Assembly: GCA_964252035.1 (NCBI GenBank)
Contig: OZ176209.1
Direction: 5' to 3' (one strand)
DNA from: Podarcis erhardii
Lineage: Eukaryota
DNA length: 64,000 bases
In this document: piece after piece, positions 62,701 to 64,000 of the stretch
Numbering within the stretch: position 1 is the first letter of the stretch
Layout: every line of letters starts with the position of its first letter
Made by a program: the position numbers and the translations under genes
The notes under the pieces: model-generated
What the model saw: the letters and a program-made list of their open reading frames with translations, nothing else
Told to the model about the DNA's origin: nothing
Databases searched by the model: none

Positions 62701-63566
62701 ATAGAACTATTTTATATATAAATAAGTAAATTCAATGGTAGTATTTATTTCCCTGGCTATCTTTAATCTGGGCCTTTTTACTGCTCGGTTAAAGGCACTG
62801 AGACACTACTGTCAGTTCAAGGAATCCACTGTGACGTGATTAAAGAAATGTGGTCAGCAGACTGGAGGACAGTGAGCAAAGGGAAGATCATATCTTTCAT
62901 CAAACATTTTCTCATGACCGAACCAAGAGTGTTTCATGCTTCACCCCTAAGCACATTTGGCTTGAAAGCCAGTCTCAGTACTTTGAATGGAGTGTACTCT
63001 TGAGCACAGGTACAGCAAAAGGCAAGAAGGCAATGGTTCCTTCCTAAAATGAGAGGGGCTGAGGCTTGGACTGGCGCTGACATTCATTCTGATTTGTTTG
63101 TAGGGCAGATAGATGACATTGCATCAAAGTAAGTGTTATTCCACATTTTCCAGTGCATTTCCCATCATTTTCCTCATCACAAAAATTCCAGCATTTGGAG
63201 ACAGTGGTCTAGTTGTGCAAGATCTCCCAATCAACTGTGGTGATTGCTCAAACCAAATTTGCTGGTCTGTGACCAAATCCCACCCCAAAACAGCAACAGT
63301 CTGGAAGCGCCCAAAGACACAGTTGCATCTCTGACAATTTCTGAAAGCTGCAGAGACGTGCGTAAGAAAGCATGCTCGCCCACTCCCCAATCTGAAATTC
63401 TAACAGGTGGCATTTGATAAGGTGTACAATGCCCATGAAATCGTTTCCCCATCCTTAAGCAATGCACTGCTGAAAGAAAACCCGCTACCCTTCTGAACTG
63501 CGGCTGAATCTGTTAGATGCACCATAATTTTGATATTATCAATTGCATGCTTCAGTTACAGGCCCC

Positions 63567-63913
63567 CATAGGCGCCGACTCCATGGGGCTTGAGGGGGCC
63601 CGAGCCCCCTCAAAAATTCATTTGGGGGGGCTCCGCCCCCCCAATAATCTCCGGCGCCCCTCCAGCAGAGCGCCATCGCCGCCCCTCCCCCAGCCCAAAA
63701 TGCACAGGGAGGGGCGGGCTGCATGCCTCCTGCCCTCCCTCCCGAGCAAAAGCTCCACCCAATTTCCTTTGGAGCTGATTAATAGGCGCAGCACGCTCTC
63801 CCCTATTCGCTCACGAGGAGGCGGCGCCACTTTATTTGCATATTCATGAGCTTATTTATTATTCATGAGCTTTCCCGGGCCCCCCCAATATTTTTTATAA
63901 GTCCGCGTCCCTG
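63567..63913. mobile_element. GC/CpG-rich hAT MITE, 347 bp, perfect 8-bp TSD CAGGCCCC
   Basis: TSD at 63559-63566 and 63914-63921; imperfect TIRs cataggcgccgact / agtccgcgtccctg. Confidence 0.85.
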
Positions 63914-64000
63914 CAGGCCCCAGATGTTTTCAAACAGCTCGTGGATAGGTGGAAGGGACTCGCTATGTTTAGCTGGAGAAGAGACAATGATAGCGCTCTT

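Noticed and set aside
63517-63913. CpG island or promoter
   Set aside because: The GC-rich stretch coincides exactly with a TSD-flanked MITE.
39138-64000. SOX5 exon 9 (QLYAAQLAAMQVSPGG..)
   Set aside because: No matching minus-strand sequence found. It probably lies beyond 64000, although the 59609-59788 gap cannot be inspected.

Overview
Vertebrate genomic DNA from a squamate reptile, most likely a lacertid lizard (Podarcis/Lacerta-like, inferred from the Sauria SINE, BovB, L2 and CR1 content). The draft assembly has four N-gaps. The whole window lies inside the SOX5 gene, transcribed on the minus strand. Four coding exons are present, with canonical AG/GT sites and matching phases: 38963-39137, 29263-29408 (or -29435), 2226-2334 and 730-903, the last holding the start of the HMG box. 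The flanking exons lie outside the window. The rest is intron packed with transposable elements: Sauria SINEs, tRNA-Ala/Ile/Lys-headed SINEs with CR1-type tails, CORE-type SINEs, CR1, L2, L1, RTE and BovB LINE fragments, hAT and Tigger/pogo-like MITEs, a solo LTR, and microsatellites. I found no convincing wholly new multi-gene system. The best leads are: (1) an in-frame alternative 3' splice site adding a SOX6-like DILSSITSS peptide to SOX5; (2) a BovB insertion with an inverted 5'UTR (twin-priming geometry); (3) a Sauria SINE missing exactly a GT..AG segment, possibly spliced before retroposition; (4) a decayed HDV-like ribozyme pattern in an orphan RTE 5'UTR; (5) a solo LTR with a 98-codon acidic/basic ORF; (6) a hAT MITE carrying an exact POU heptamer-octamer site; (7) a paired SOX-site cluster. 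Repeat family names come from recalled consensus patterns, not from a database search.
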